DNA of 64,000 bases from Callorhinchus milii (taxonomy: Eukaryota): NCBI RefSeq assembly GCF_018977255.1, contig NW_024704742.1, positions 102,240,001 to 102,304,000 on the forward strand, in the 5' to 3' direction. Every line of letters begins with the position of its first letter. Position 1 is the stretch's first letter. Position numbers and translations under genes: made by a program. This document shows positions 11,301 through 23,927 of this stretch, one piece after another. Under the pieces are notes generated by a model, which did no database searches, had not been told where the DNA came from, and was given only the letters and a program-made list of their open reading frames with translations.

Positions 11301-12453
11301 AGGTTTGGAGGTAAAAATACCCTTTTATTTCTCCTTTTCTGCTATTTATTTAATATTTTTTAAAAACTAAAATTCAATACAATACAAATTTATATTCATG
11401 TAACACCTTTCACATCAGAAGGATGTCCCAAGGCACTGAAGATTCTGTCTCAGTCACGGTTTGAGAATGGCATTCCAGATCCTAACAAACTCCTGTGTTT
11501 GTTTATTTATTATTCTTATTATTAAACTCCTGTGTGTAAAAAATTCCTAACCTCTCTCTTTGTTCCTTTGGTTGGATCATTGTAAATGTTGGACTTTTCA
11601 TCGACAAGCTTCTGAGAAGTGAAATTCTGGTCGTCATTACATGTAAGGGATATTGATAATGCCGGTCTCTAATGGGATTTGTATGTCATGATCGAGCATC
11701 GGGAAAGTTGCTCAACACAACACCGACCAGAATTTCAGCCCCCTGATGATTTAATGCTAGCAGTGGTTTGATGATACATCTCTTACTGAGGTCCATCAAG
11801 GACATGAGATAAGATTAAGATAAACGAGAAACAGCAACATCAAAGTGACACCATCCTGGTGAGCTGGTTTGATCTGAATTTTCTTGAGGATGTTCAGAAA
11901 TATTTAAACACTAGGAACCTTTGTGCTTTGTTGGGTCTTAGCTGCTGCTAATCTCAGATCTAGTAACTCCATCAATCTCTACCAATTGGGCATGACTTAG
12001 TATTATGTTTTGAATCAGATTTATTACTGAGTAAAAGGATGTGCATGAAAAACATCAAATGAACAGGATATTTTCGGGCAAGGGTAAAGAGAGTCGAATG
12101 AAATACTTACTCATAATGCTTTAGCAAAAATATAGAGGTAATTGAGGGGCAATTTGGAGATTTTCCCAGATTATTAACTTTTTTCCGAAGCATTTCAAAG
12201 TAGAAGTGCTGTAAAATTTCACTAACAATCTACTGGATCAAAGAGCAGGGGCAAGATTATAATGGTGATAGGAAGAGAAATATATTTATTGGTATTGTTT
12301 TGTACATTAAATAAAGGAAGGTTTCAAGGAGACACACTGTCCTGTTTGTTTTTTTAAATTCAAGACTTACAAACTTCTGTCATACAATTAAACTTTTTTC
12401 CTGCCTATTTTTGTCAATTTTTCAATGTTTTCAATGATTTCCTGGTGAGGTAA

Positions 12454-13380
12454 CGATAATAATCCTTACATTTGATATATCATCTTATCATGGTGTCAAG
12501 ACATCTCAAAGCGCTTTCTAGGATATTGTGTAAAGTGGAGTCACTGTGTGTTTGTGAGTAAAACCAGCAGTCAATATGCGCACAGCATTGTCCCACAAAC
12601 CAGCCCCACATGGAATGCTTGACCAATTTATTTGGGGGATTGTTGGTCAGGACACTGGGTGAAACTTCTTTCTTTTTGAATCATGTCATGGGATCTTTAA
12701 TGTCCACTTCAACAGGCAGACAGGACCTCAGTTTAACATCTCATCCGAAGGATGGCAACTCCGACAATGCAGTACAAACCCTGCACTGCGATGGAGTATC
12801 AGCCTAGACTATGGGTTCCAAGTCCTGAAGTGTACTTGAATGGCACAACAACACAACAACAACAAGATTCCATTTATTGAGCGCCTTTCACGTTGGGAGG
12901 ACGTCCCAAGGCGCTGTACAGTTGGGTCAGGACCCGAGCAAGGGGGAAATGGTCAGGGTGAGGGGAGGGAAGGGAGGGAGCGAGGAGGGGGTAGAGAGTC
13001 GAGAGGAGAGCTGAAGGCTCGGTCAAAGAGAAAGGTCTTGAGACCGGCCTTGAAGGAGGAAAGGGAGGTGGCAAGGCGAAGGCACGGGGGGATAGAGTTC
13101 CAGAGCCTCGGGGCTGAGAGGCTGAAGGCCCGGCCACCGATAGTAGGGCGGTTGGGGCGGGGATGTGGAGCAGACCGGAGCCAGAGGAACGGAGGGTACG
13201 GGCAGGTAGGTAGGGGGATAGTAGGTCGGAGAGGTAGGAGGGAGCAAGGCCGTGAATGGCCTTGTAGGTGAGGGTGAGGATCTTGAATTCGATCCTCTGG
13301 GGGATGGGGAGCCAGTGGAGGCGAGCGAGGGTGTCTTCTGACTTAGACAAAAGTGCTATCAACTGAGCCAGGCTGAACAC
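12454..13380 (-). mobile_element. Deu-domain tRNA SINE split by an L2 insertion
   Basis: Deu-type body (cctcagtttaacatctcatccgaaggatggcaactccgaca) at 12454-12840; head (aagtgctatcaactgagccaggctga) resumes at 13335-13380. Confidence 0.8.
12846..13333 (-). mobile_element. Young 5'-truncated L2 copy
   Basis: [20 protein letters not shown]2 tail and (TTG)n; single 3' UTR block. Confidence 0.95.
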
Positions 13381-13501
13381 CTATTGCTGGGGAACTCCCT
13401 GGGGTTGTTGCTAAATTAGTTAATCCATGACTGAATTCACATATTGACTGCAATATCCTGGCTTGATGACCACAGCTCCACTTGTGTTGATTCAAATTCG
13501 G

Positions 13502-14585
13502 GGTCAGTCTAGTTCAATTAGAAGCACTCTTGCCTTTGATTCAGAAGTTTGTTTGTTTCAGCCCCATTGAATTACACCCTAATGGGGTGCTGTGGAAGCA
13601 CTACATTTTCTGAAGTGCTGGATTTAGGGTGAAATATTAAACCGAGATTCCATCTGTTCAAGGGGCGGTTAAAGATCCCATGACACTATTTAAGAGCGGA
13701 GTTTCTCCGCGTGTGGTGGCCAATTATCCTCCAGGTAAAAATTGGTCATTTACTTCATGGCCATTTGGAGGACTTTGCTGTGTGCAAATTGGTTGCTGTG
13801 TTGCCTACAAATGCACAGACACTACAACAACAACTTATATAATGCCCTCCACGCTGGGCAGTGTCTCAGAGCACTTAACAATGGTGGAGCCCAAGGCCGA
13901 GTCAGGAGAGGGGGAAGGTGACCATAGGTGTGGTCGAAAAGGAAGGACTTCAGGTGCGACCTGAAAATGGGGAAGGAGGAGGTGAGGCGAAAAGGTTGAG
14001 GGAGGGAGTTCCAAAGTTTCGGGGTGTAGTGGCTGAAGGCCTGGCTGCCGATGGTGGAGCGGAGGATTTGGGGAACATGGAGGAGGCTGGATCCAGTAGA
14101 GAGGAGGCAGCAGGTACTGCTGTGGCGAGAGAGGAGGTTAGAGAGATAGGGGGATGCCAAGGAATGGACGGATTTAAACATTAGAATGAGGATCTTGAAG
14201 TCAATCCGCTCTGTGACGGAGCCAGTGGAGTTTGGCAAGGACTGGAGCAATCGGGGTATGAAGTTTGGTGAGAATGCGGGCGGTGGAGTTTTGAATGAGC
14301 TGAATTTTGTGAATAGTGGAGGAGGGGAGACCGGCGAAGAGGGCATTAGAGTAGTCCAGCCGAGAGGTGACAAAGGCATGAACAAGAGTTTTGGCAGCTT
14401 TTGGGGTGAGGTATTGTCTGAGATTGGCAATGTGGCGGAGGTGGAAGAAAGTGGTGCTGGTCAGGGACTGGATGTGGGGGAGGAAGGATAATTGGAGATC
14501 AAACCTGACACCTAATAATACAAATCATGTGATGTGCTTTGATGACATTTTAAGGAGTTGTATCAAATGCAAGGATAAATATTCA
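13502..14585 (+). mobile_element. Deu-domain SINE split by an older L2
   Basis: Head gtcagtctagttcaattagaagcactcttgcc and Deu body to about 13820; tail (tatcaaatgcaaggat) resumes at about 14515-14585. Confidence 0.7.
13822..14512 (-). mobile_element. Older L2 subfamily 3' fragment
   Basis: [46 protein letters not shown]; (TTG)n tail. Confidence 0.88.
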
Positions 14586-15534
14586 CACAATCCAGCTCTG
14601 AAATTCTTTTTGTTGTAAAGCAAAAAAAAAAAAATGAATGTCACAAATGGTGAATTTTTTAATGTTAATATTAATAGTGACGTTTCCTCTAATAAAAAAG
14701 ATCAATGCTTGCTTTGTGTATGATATTTCCTGCAGATATTTCCTAATACGTAATCTGGTGTATGTGAACCATTCATAGAAACTGCAGATGCAACATACAA
14801 CAATGTTTGAATCAGATTGACACTCAAAGTGTGGCACAAGTGCAGTTATTTAGTTTGTAATGCAACTCACAAACCAGAAGAGGTTTTAGTCTCAAATTGA
14901 TACAAAAAGGATATGATCTAAAAAACGTAAGGACTATAGCTTATATAGGATAATATATGTAGTATTCAAAAAAATTTATGTGATGGTGTCACCACATCAA
15001 ATCTATAAAGAAGCAGTGCAATTTCAGCCAATAATTATCAAATAGTTCCGCAAATGCGGAAACCCCAGATATCAGCACAATAGTTTGAGTTGAAAGCTCT
15101 TTTCAACATTGTTACTTAGCGCTATAGAATCAAAAATACCTCGTCAACCCTGCAGGCAGAATTTAAATGCTGCTTCACAGGATACCATTTGAGCTAAGCC
15201 AAAGCACAATGGAAGCACAAATCCTCCCTTCTCTGTGATCATGAAACTGTTTGGTCCCAATCATTGTCCAGATGAGGTTGGAAGATATATTGTGATATAT
15301 CAAATGCTTGTATTTGACGTAGCTCCTTATCTCATTGATGAGCATCTGAAAGCTCTTCACAGGTTTTTATTGAAGTGCAGTGCCATATTTTGCCCACAAA
15401 AATACAGTCAATTCGCTTTACAGTATATCCTGTGAAACGCTTTGTGACATCTTGAAGATGTGATAAGGCGCAATATCAAGTGCAAGGATTATTATTATTA
15501 TTTGTACCCAAATGTGGCAGCCAATTTACTGGGA

Positions 15535-16150
15535 GCCTGAGCTGGGAGGGAGGTAGGGATAGTGGGGAAGGTGGCTGAATGCGTAGATGAGAAGTAAATT
15601 TTTAGATAGTATTTGAAAGTCTGAGGGAAGGGGGAGATGGAGGGATTTGGGGAGATTTCCAAAGGGTCGGGGCAAAGTTGCAGAAACCTCATGCAATGAA
15701 GCTGGGGCAGAATGGACAGTGACATGAAGCGTGTCAGAGGAAGTGGACAAGGGAGTAGAGTCGCAGGAGGTAGGATGGGGGTAAGATGATAGAGATATTT
15801 TGAAGGTAAGAATGAAAATTTTAAAGTTGATTCACTTGGGGAGGGAAAGTCAGTGGAGCAAGGATGGTGCTTAAGGTTTGCGGAAGCTGATGCAAGAAAG
15901 GATACATGCTGTGGAGTTTAAGTGGTCCAGTTCTTGACGCTGGGTAGGCTGTTAAAGAGAAATTGTTGGAGAAATTAAGTGCTAAGTGACAAATGCATGA
16001 ATGAGGGCATCCATTGTGCGGGGAAGCAGCAAGGTACTGGCGGAGTTGAATAATGTAGTGGAGAAAAATCGACTTGGTCACAACCTGAATGAAAGTTTTA
16101 AAGGAGAATTGAGTGTCGATCAAAACAGCAAAGTTTGGCACAGGCGGAAC
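15535..16150 (-). mobile_element. Highly degenerate L2 3' fragment
   Basis: Residual similarity to the L2 C-terminus (NFAVLIDTQFSF; FKYYLKIYF). Confidence 0.55.
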
Positions 16151-16599
16151 CATTAGTTCCCTACAGCATTTCCGATTGAATGCATGATATCCTCAAAGGG
16201 TTCTAAATTCTTATTGTTTACTCCTGTTAGGGACGTGTCTGTCATATTACAAAAAAGATCAGGATTATTAGTATTGCATGATGGATGGATGCAATAGTGC
16301 AAATTAGGGTTAGGATGTTCATGCCGTTGATTTAAATTAAAACATTGACAAAGCCAGATATTTCTTGCAGCCGGTGCAGAATGCTGTGAGAGTGCACCAA
16401 AATGTTATTAGGTAACAGCACTGAAAAATACATATTGAAGTGAAAACATTGAGTTAATCTAGGGTTCCGCAAACCTGCTTTGAAATGCAGCAATCCGTAG
16501 AATGGCACGTTCAAAAAAGTGGCAGATCAGCTCAATGGGTATCAAACAATGCTATTAGATGTAATCATTGCAGGAAGGGGTGTACACCTACTTAGGCAG

Positions 16600-17230
16600 A
16601 TATCGAGAGACATCACAAGTCCCACATCGGAACCTGATCTTATATTCCAGGCTGTCACTCCAATACATGCCATTCCTGCATTGTTGGAGGTGCCATCTTT
16701 GAGTGGAACACTAAATCAGTGTCTCGGTTCTGGAACTCTATCCCCCAGTGCCTTTGCCGCTTCCTCCCTTTTCTCCTTCAAGGCTGGTCTCAAGACCTTT
16801 CTCTTCAACCGTGCCTTCAGCTCCCCCCTCGACTCTCTACCCCCTCCTCGCTCCCTCCCTTCCCTCCCCTCATCCTGACCATTTCCCCCCTGCTCGGGTC
16901 CCGACCCAACTGTCCAGCGCCTTGGGACGTCCTCCCGATGTGAAAGGCGCTCTATAAATGACATCTTGTTGTTGTTTGCCTGATCATTTGCAAATTAAAT
17001 ATCCTGCAGCACTATTCGAAAAGAGAAGGGAGTTTCTCCTGGTGTCCTGGTCAGAGATCTCCCCGCCCCTCCCCCCCACTGCAAAATAGTCATGGCTGTT
17101 TGTGGGACATTGCTGCATGCAATGTGTTTGCCTTCAAATAGACAGTCACTACACTTTACAGAAAATCTGTGTGAATTTCTTAGAGACGTTTCAAAGTGAA
17201 AAGGCACGATATTAAATGCTATTAAATGAA
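16600..17230 (+). mobile_element. Deu-domain SINE split by a young L2 3' end (L2 at about 16727-16977, + strand)
   Basis: Deu body ttggaggtgccatctttgag before the L2 and agcactattcgaaaagagaagggagtttctcc after it; L2 tail with (TTG)n in between. Confidence 0.82.
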
Positions 17231-18859
17231 GATTGTAATTGGGTAGTGGTATGTCTGATGATGTGACAGTTATCACTGTTAGTAGTTATAATATTAAATA
17301 TTGTTTTTTTAACCCATATTGAGTTAAATGTGGGTAAGTAAGAATTTGATAGGCGAAAGAAGACCAAGGTCCATCCAATTCGCCTTCCACCACAGTCGCA
17401 TGACACATCGTGTCCCAAACTATACATTGTATCCCAACATATTATTTCCTAACAGAAATCTATCTAATTTGTTCTAGAAAGAATCAACACTTTCTGTTTC
17501 CACCATCTCCTTATGGAGTCTGTTCCGGGCATTTACTACTCGTTCACTGAAGTAGTGTTTACGCACATTTGTTCTAAATTTGCCTGAATTTGGGTATTTT
17601 CAGATCGCACAAAATATCCCAATTCTGGTTGCTTTGGATTCAGATTTCGCTCTAAGTAATGAATCAGGTAGCGCCTGGAGTCACGCAGATGTCAGAAAAT
17701 ATGCTAATAGGAGCTTTTGTGCTCAAACTGTGATATAGCCATAGATATCCTTTGTTGGAAGAATGCCATTGGCTGCAGGTTGCTCAGGATACTTGGAGGC
17801 AGAACTTGATCAGTTCTGTTGGTAACATTTCCAGAAGGTTTGGCACAATGTGTTTAGTGCTGTCGTTTTGGTTTTAGCACACAGACTTGGCTTCCCTGTA
17901 GTAGTTGAAAAATAAACTTTGACCCTGCAGCATATGTGGTAAGAATGTGCAATACGTTTATAGGTAGTATAGCTCTGGTAGTAACCATGTATGAGGTGCT
18001 ATGTACTGCAATATGCAAGTTAAGCTGTGCCTCAGGAGAGGCACAGAAAGAAAAGATTACGGCACGAGGGTATAAATCAGAAGCACATGTCTGAAGGTTG
18101 GAAATATAGCTTGAGGAACAATTATTTCTGGAGCTCAAGCAAGGAAATGATTTAGTTACTAATAAGGTCAGACGACATTTATATTGATATGCTAATGATC
18201 GTCAAGCTGCACTCCGGTGATTGTTGGGATGCACTACTTATTCCATGAGAGAGGAGCACACGTCCTAAACTACAGTACACAAGAGTTTAAGATCTACTTG
18301 AAATTGCATCATGTTAAATATTAAAAACCACATTCTAGTTATGGCCCAGTAAGCAAAAGGCTCTGAACAATGTAGCACTGATCCATATGGTATATAATAT
18401 AAAAGGTTACAAATTTTACTGCCAGTCTGTGCTGAGGCTAGCTGATTTCAGTACCAGGAGTGTGCTGCAATTTATTTCCTCTAAAGAAGTTGTGGGGATG
18501 AGAAATAAATCGTCAGTCCAACGAACTGATAATGAGATTGTATTGAACATTGATCAGGATTCAACCAGGAACACTGTGTATTGTTCTAGGCACCGTACAG
18601 CGGCAGAGGGATCTTGTTACTAGAGAGAGTACAGTGCAGGCTAACTAAAGCGCTCTGAGATGCCGTCCGGCGTGGAGGACGCTGTATAAATCCAAGTTGT
18701 TGTTGTTGTAAACTGATACCTGGAGCTACAAGTAGAAGTTACAACCAATACCTATTTACATTTAAAAAGTGTTTTCACATCAGGATGGTGTATCATTGTA
18801 TTTCATAACTGACTGGGAGTCCAAACTGGTGGGGATGTTCAAAAAGGTTTTGAAGATAA

Positions 18860-19135
18860 ATAATAATAATCCTTGACTGTATATTTTGTGGACAAAATGT
18901 AGCAGTCAATTGCACACAGCACAAACAATCATGGATGGAAGTGAGTAACATTTTTTTTGAAGGAATTATTACGCCTGGAAAAGCGTTCTGCCAATCAACT
19001 AACAACCGGGTTCCTACTTATTGATAGGAAAACAGAGGTGTGTGGAGTAAGGAAACTTGACTAACATTTCGCCCTGCTGGGAAACAAACCCAGGTATTTC
19101 GCTTGTGAGGCGAGTACTCTAACCACTGAGTCTCT
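18860..19135 (-). mobile_element. tRNA-Ala/CORE-like SINE, long form, with an internal deletion near the tail
   Basis: Head and body match the copy at 37556-37918. Confidence 0.8.
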
Positions 19136-22100
19136 AGAATGGTGTTTCACAGGCAGAGTGGAGGCATTTGAATGTGAGGACAGAAATCTTGAATTTGATC
19201 CGTTTGGGGATGGGAGCCAGTAAAACCTCAGTCAGTAGGAAGTGGGATTGAAATGAAGCCGACCATTGCAAGTAACGTTTTAGCTTTGGTGTAGAATGGA
19301 GGACAAAATTAATCACAAGCTAGTAAGTGAGAGCCACTGCCCTTCATGGTTTCTTGATGTAGCTGCTCCTTACCTTGATACCTAACTCCTCATCTTTACC
19401 ACAAGTATTTTTTTAATCCTTGTTACCATTTTTTCTGTTTAAAGGTCAGACATTTGGGAAAAAGTCTATTTAGGCTTCCCTAGTGGTGAGTGATTTGGAA
19501 AACATTTTTCCAATGTGATACTCCCAAAGCCACCAACAAACCATTTACCACAGACTAAGAAAGCCTATTGATGACAAGACTGATATAATGACAATGATAC
19601 ATACTGTCTCCAAACATACAAGATTTGTGAGTTTTTTTATTCTATTCCAAATGTTTGTTTGGTAAATATGACAAATAGTCACACATCAGAAGCATATAAT
19701 AGCAAATAGGTTTGTTTGAGACGTCTCTAAGACGCGATAAGGCGCTATATCAAATGCAAGGATTATTATTATTATTTTATTATTATTGTTGCTTTCTGGT
19801 AATTGACTGCAGATTAACATTTGATACATTTACCATTATAATGACCCACACATTAATCCTTCAGCAAGTGCATCATTTGATAAGGTATCTGAGGGGTGTA
19901 AATAGAGGTTGTTTTTGGTTACCAGACGTGCATCAGCAAACAAGGCTGTGCTGTTGTTTGTTTGTTTGTTTGAGCAGAAACATTCACAAGTGGCACAAAG
20001 TCAATTCGGCTGAAGTGTGTGGCAGGAATGTCATTGGAAGTGGATCTGATAGATACATTATCCAAATGGTCTTGTCTGACAGTGAGTCTTCACAAGATTC
20101 CACGATGGTGTTCTTACAGTAGCTGAACAAGTGAAAGTTTCCTTATTCTACCACTCTTTTTATTCATAGGGGAAGAGGGTCTAAAATAAAACACTCAATC
20201 AACGACTATTTGTGGGACACTGCAATTGCCTGCCACGTTTCACCCACAAATATACAGTCAATTAACGTTACAGTATATTTTGTGAAGCGCTTTGAGACAT
20301 CTTAAAGATGTGAAAAGCGCTATATCAAGTGCAAGGATTATTATTTATAAAATGCAGTCATATTAATTGGAATTCCTTAATAATGACTTTGAATCACAAA
20401 TCGGGGCTCCTTCTGGCAAACAAAGTATGGCACATGGGGTCCCTGCTGTGACTCCTAGTGGAGTTTCCACAGATCAGCATGACGTGCCTCTAGTTATCAG
20501 ATGAAGTCCTTATTTGCAACTCAAAGTTATTACAATAACAATAAAAGTTTTATAATGGAATCCTGTTGAAAATCACCATGTTTTACACTCCAGTATCTGG
20601 TGGAGAAATTGACAACAAAATTGTTGCTTCCAATGCCAAAGATCTTTGTTATTGATGTGAAATCCAGAACTTGTGTTTCCTTATGATTTTCATCCACCTT
20701 CTCCTGAAGTTTGTGACTTGTGCTTGGGTATGCTTCCATAGACATTCAGCTGTTGCAACCTCACTCAAAGGGACATTCTTCATTCGTGAGCCAAGAACAT
20801 GAGTTCTACTAGGTTAATAGGCACATCACATGTCCTCATTTAAATTCACACACATCATTGGTTAGCAATTAGGGTAAGAATCCTGACTGTTCCTTTCTCC
20901 TTTCTAACCCAAGTCCCAAGGCCACTGATAGAGACCCTATCACCACCCCATCTAACCAGCATAAAACAGGGAAATGAATCCCAAAACCTTCATGGTTCAA
21001 TAGGCGTATTATCGGTGTTAGCCAATGCCTTCACCTACCAAATCAATGGGAAAGTATTAAACAATGGATCTCATTAAAAAATTTGAAAGGAATCATCCAT
21101 GGAACAAAAGTAAACAGAAATATACAACACTATTAGTGCTTTAATGATGTTCTTTCACTCAAATCTATGCATAACTTAGAGTTATAGGGTCTTTGTTGTG
21201 TGTATGTATACAGTGACTCATTTGACCCTTTTGCCTGATGCTATCTTTCCCTTAAATTGAGTAATAGTTAAAAGTGGTTTTCTTTAAACTACTTTTCATA
21301 CCTTAGTCAGAGGGACCTTTTTGGTTCTCCCTTGATCGTGGTGACTAAGTTAAAGAGGGCTACAGTATTTAAGAAAAATCTGCCTCTAAATAATTGAGTG
21401 CATTTCTGCCCAAATCAGAATGAAATCAGGCCATCCTTGAGGGATTGGGCAGGAAGATTCCCCAGGGCTTGCTTGGTGTTTTGCAATTATTCCCTGAGAT
21501 ATGTCAATGCTGCTGTTGTGATTTCTCCAGCGTATTGATCTAATGAGCAGTGTGGCAATAAATGGCTGCAAGTGACTTCAATCGTGTGTTGGTACTTGTG
21601 AACCTCCCCAGCAAAATAATAGCTGCACTTCTCTCTGGTTAAAATGCAGGAGGAAACTATTAAACAGCAAAGACTTACTCTTGTTATGTGTGGGACATTT
21701 GTCTTCACTGGGACATATTCTGAAAACCCATCGCTCTGGCATGGTGTTTTGAAGTCAATAGCAGAGAAAAACCTTCTGTGTTATAATGAGAGGCGTATTA
21801 GGGAGGGGGTGGATTTAGTTGGATCAGAAGGGGCACTAAAAACAATTCATGTCAACCCGGAGGGAATGGGGTATAGCAGAGTTAACAGCAAGGGACGAAT
21901 GGTGCTGTTTTATTTATTCATTGTTGATTTCAGGCCATTCATAAAAAGGTAACGTTTGTCGTTCCTTGGCTAGAGTTTGAGGATTGCGAATTATGGTGAT
22001 CAAATTCATATTATAAGGGAAAATATCTTGCTGAAAGTCTTCTTTGATGCATCTGTTTTGATTCCTTCTAATTATTATATCTGTCCTCTTTTTTGTTTAC

Positions 22101-23299
22101 GAATTCTGTTCTAACAAACCATTTGTGTGCCATGCCTCATTGTGTTATTCACTATGTTATTCACTACACCTCTGGCCTCTGAAGGTGTCAGAGGGCTGAC
22201 TGCCTATATCACTAAAACCCTAATTCAACTGCACTAAAGCCTCACGCATCAGAAACAGTGTTAAATGTTTGTTATTTCATTGTTGTAGCTCCAGACAGCA
22301 AAGTTATCTTGTCTATTTCTTTCTCATTTCAGACAAAGGAACCCTATAGTATTGATGTGTCAGTAATTGCTCATCGGGAGTTGACAAATAGCAAGATTGA
22401 TAGATTGTTGGCAGATGAGCCTGCAGCTAAAAGTGCTTTCAACTAAAGGGATTAAGGATGGGGGCTAAGCCATGCTTAGTACCAGGTTGTCTGCACTTGA
22501 AAATGAACTTGCAGGGTAAATGTGGCTTCTTTTCTTTCACTGCTGTGACTTGTTTTGTGCATCCAAGGCAAAGGATAGTGATTCTCAATACCCTATCTAT
22601 AATTCTACTGAAATAGCTTACTTGTCTTTGTACCACATTTGAGACTCTGTACTCTACAAGCCAATTCAAACCAGTTTATCTTGAAATGCTCTATTAAGCC
22701 AATACACTTGAGCTTCTATACACATTGAATTGATCTGCCCCTTAATACATTTGGACAAGATATATGTTCAGTCCCAATTCCTACACAATAAGACCCTAAA
22801 CCGAGTTAGGGCTGTGTACATAGGATATATTTATCCCTGGTTTAATAAATTAAGTCACAACATCTGCTGGGCGACAGATACTATGGTAGTCCATAGAAGG
22901 TTAAACACTATCTGAAAGAGGAAAATAGATCATTTTTTCTGGCAACAGTTTGCTGCTTTCTCCCTCCCTCCCTCTTTCAAGGTCCATCTCAAAATGTATC
23001 TCTTCAAATGTACGATTGGTCATCCTCTCCCCTCCCTGCCTCTTTCGGCTCCCAGCTTGGGTGTCCATCCAGCACTATGAAATGCTTTGAAATGTCCTCC
23101 TGAGATAAAAGCACTCTACAAATATAAATTGTGTTGTATTATGATTTTTCAACAGAATTCTGACTGCATTCATATGTTGTAAAGTACACTAAGTGAAGTG
23201 AATCCACTTTATGTGAAGTGAGATGAATTTAATTTATGTGAACTTAATAAAGTCCCTACGCTTCCCTCGGAGTTTAATGCAAGGATTAGTTAACAGCTT

Positions 23300-23507
23300 T
23301 GCAATATATCACGAAAGCTGAAGTTCCTTGAACATATTCAAAACTGAGATGGATAGATTTCTTAAGGATAGAGGGATTAGGGGGTATGGGGATAAGGCGG
23401 GCAGATGGAGTTAGGTTAGAAGATCAGCCATGATCTTATTGAATGGTGGGGCAGGCTCGAGAGACCAAATGGCCTACTCCTGCTCCTAATTCCTATGTTC
23501 CTATGTT
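23300..23507 (+). mobile_element. CR1 3' end with (CCTATGTT)n-type tail
   Basis: gatcagccatgatcttattgaatggtggggcaggctcgagagaccaaatggcctactcctgctcctaattcctatgttcctatgtt. Confidence 0.85.
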
Positions 23508-23515
23508 TATCGGGG

Positions 23516-23690
23516 AGTCGGGGAGCGGCAGCAGGACAGCGCGGGGAGGAGCCTGGGCCTACTGACCCAGGTACTTAAACTCGACGCCGGAGCGAGTGCA
23601 GCCAGTCGGGGAGCGGCAGCAGGACAGCGCGGGGAGGAGCCTGGGCCTACTGACCCAGGTACTTAAACTCGACGCCGGAGCGAGTGCAGC
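23516..23690 (+). repeat. Two identical tandem monomers, period 88 bp, at the L2 5' end
   Basis: agtcggggagcggcagcaggacagc...gagcgagtgcagc begins at 23516 and again at 23604. Confidence 0.95.
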
Positions 23691-23791
23691 TAGGGGGAGG
23701 GGAGGGAGGTGTGGGGGCGGAGCGGGGGAACTGCGACGTCATAGATTAGTTTTCAGGTGAGTGCGCGCGCACAAAAAAAAAAAAAAAAAAA

Positions 23792-23822
<31 letters not shown>

Positions 23823-23927
23823 AGGGCTCACATCAGAGCCCACTATGGTCCTGTTGGGTTCGATGCCCCAATCTGCGGGATAATGCCATCCACCTGACCG
23901 CTCGCTCCCGGTCCCCGCGTGCGCACT

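Noticed and set aside
22258..22446. Strong acceptor-like ttctttctcatttcag followed by an open frame
   Set aside because: The frame ends in a stop with no clear donor, and part of it resembles a decayed CR1 3' region
23516..23690. CRISPR-like or other prokaryotic repeat array
   Set aside because: Two contiguous units without spacers, in vertebrate retroelement context
23516..23900. Self-cleaving ribozyme at the LINE 5' end
   Set aside because: No CUGANGA/GAAA hammerhead core or HDV nested pseudoknot could be fitted by eye; only simple hairpins are supported
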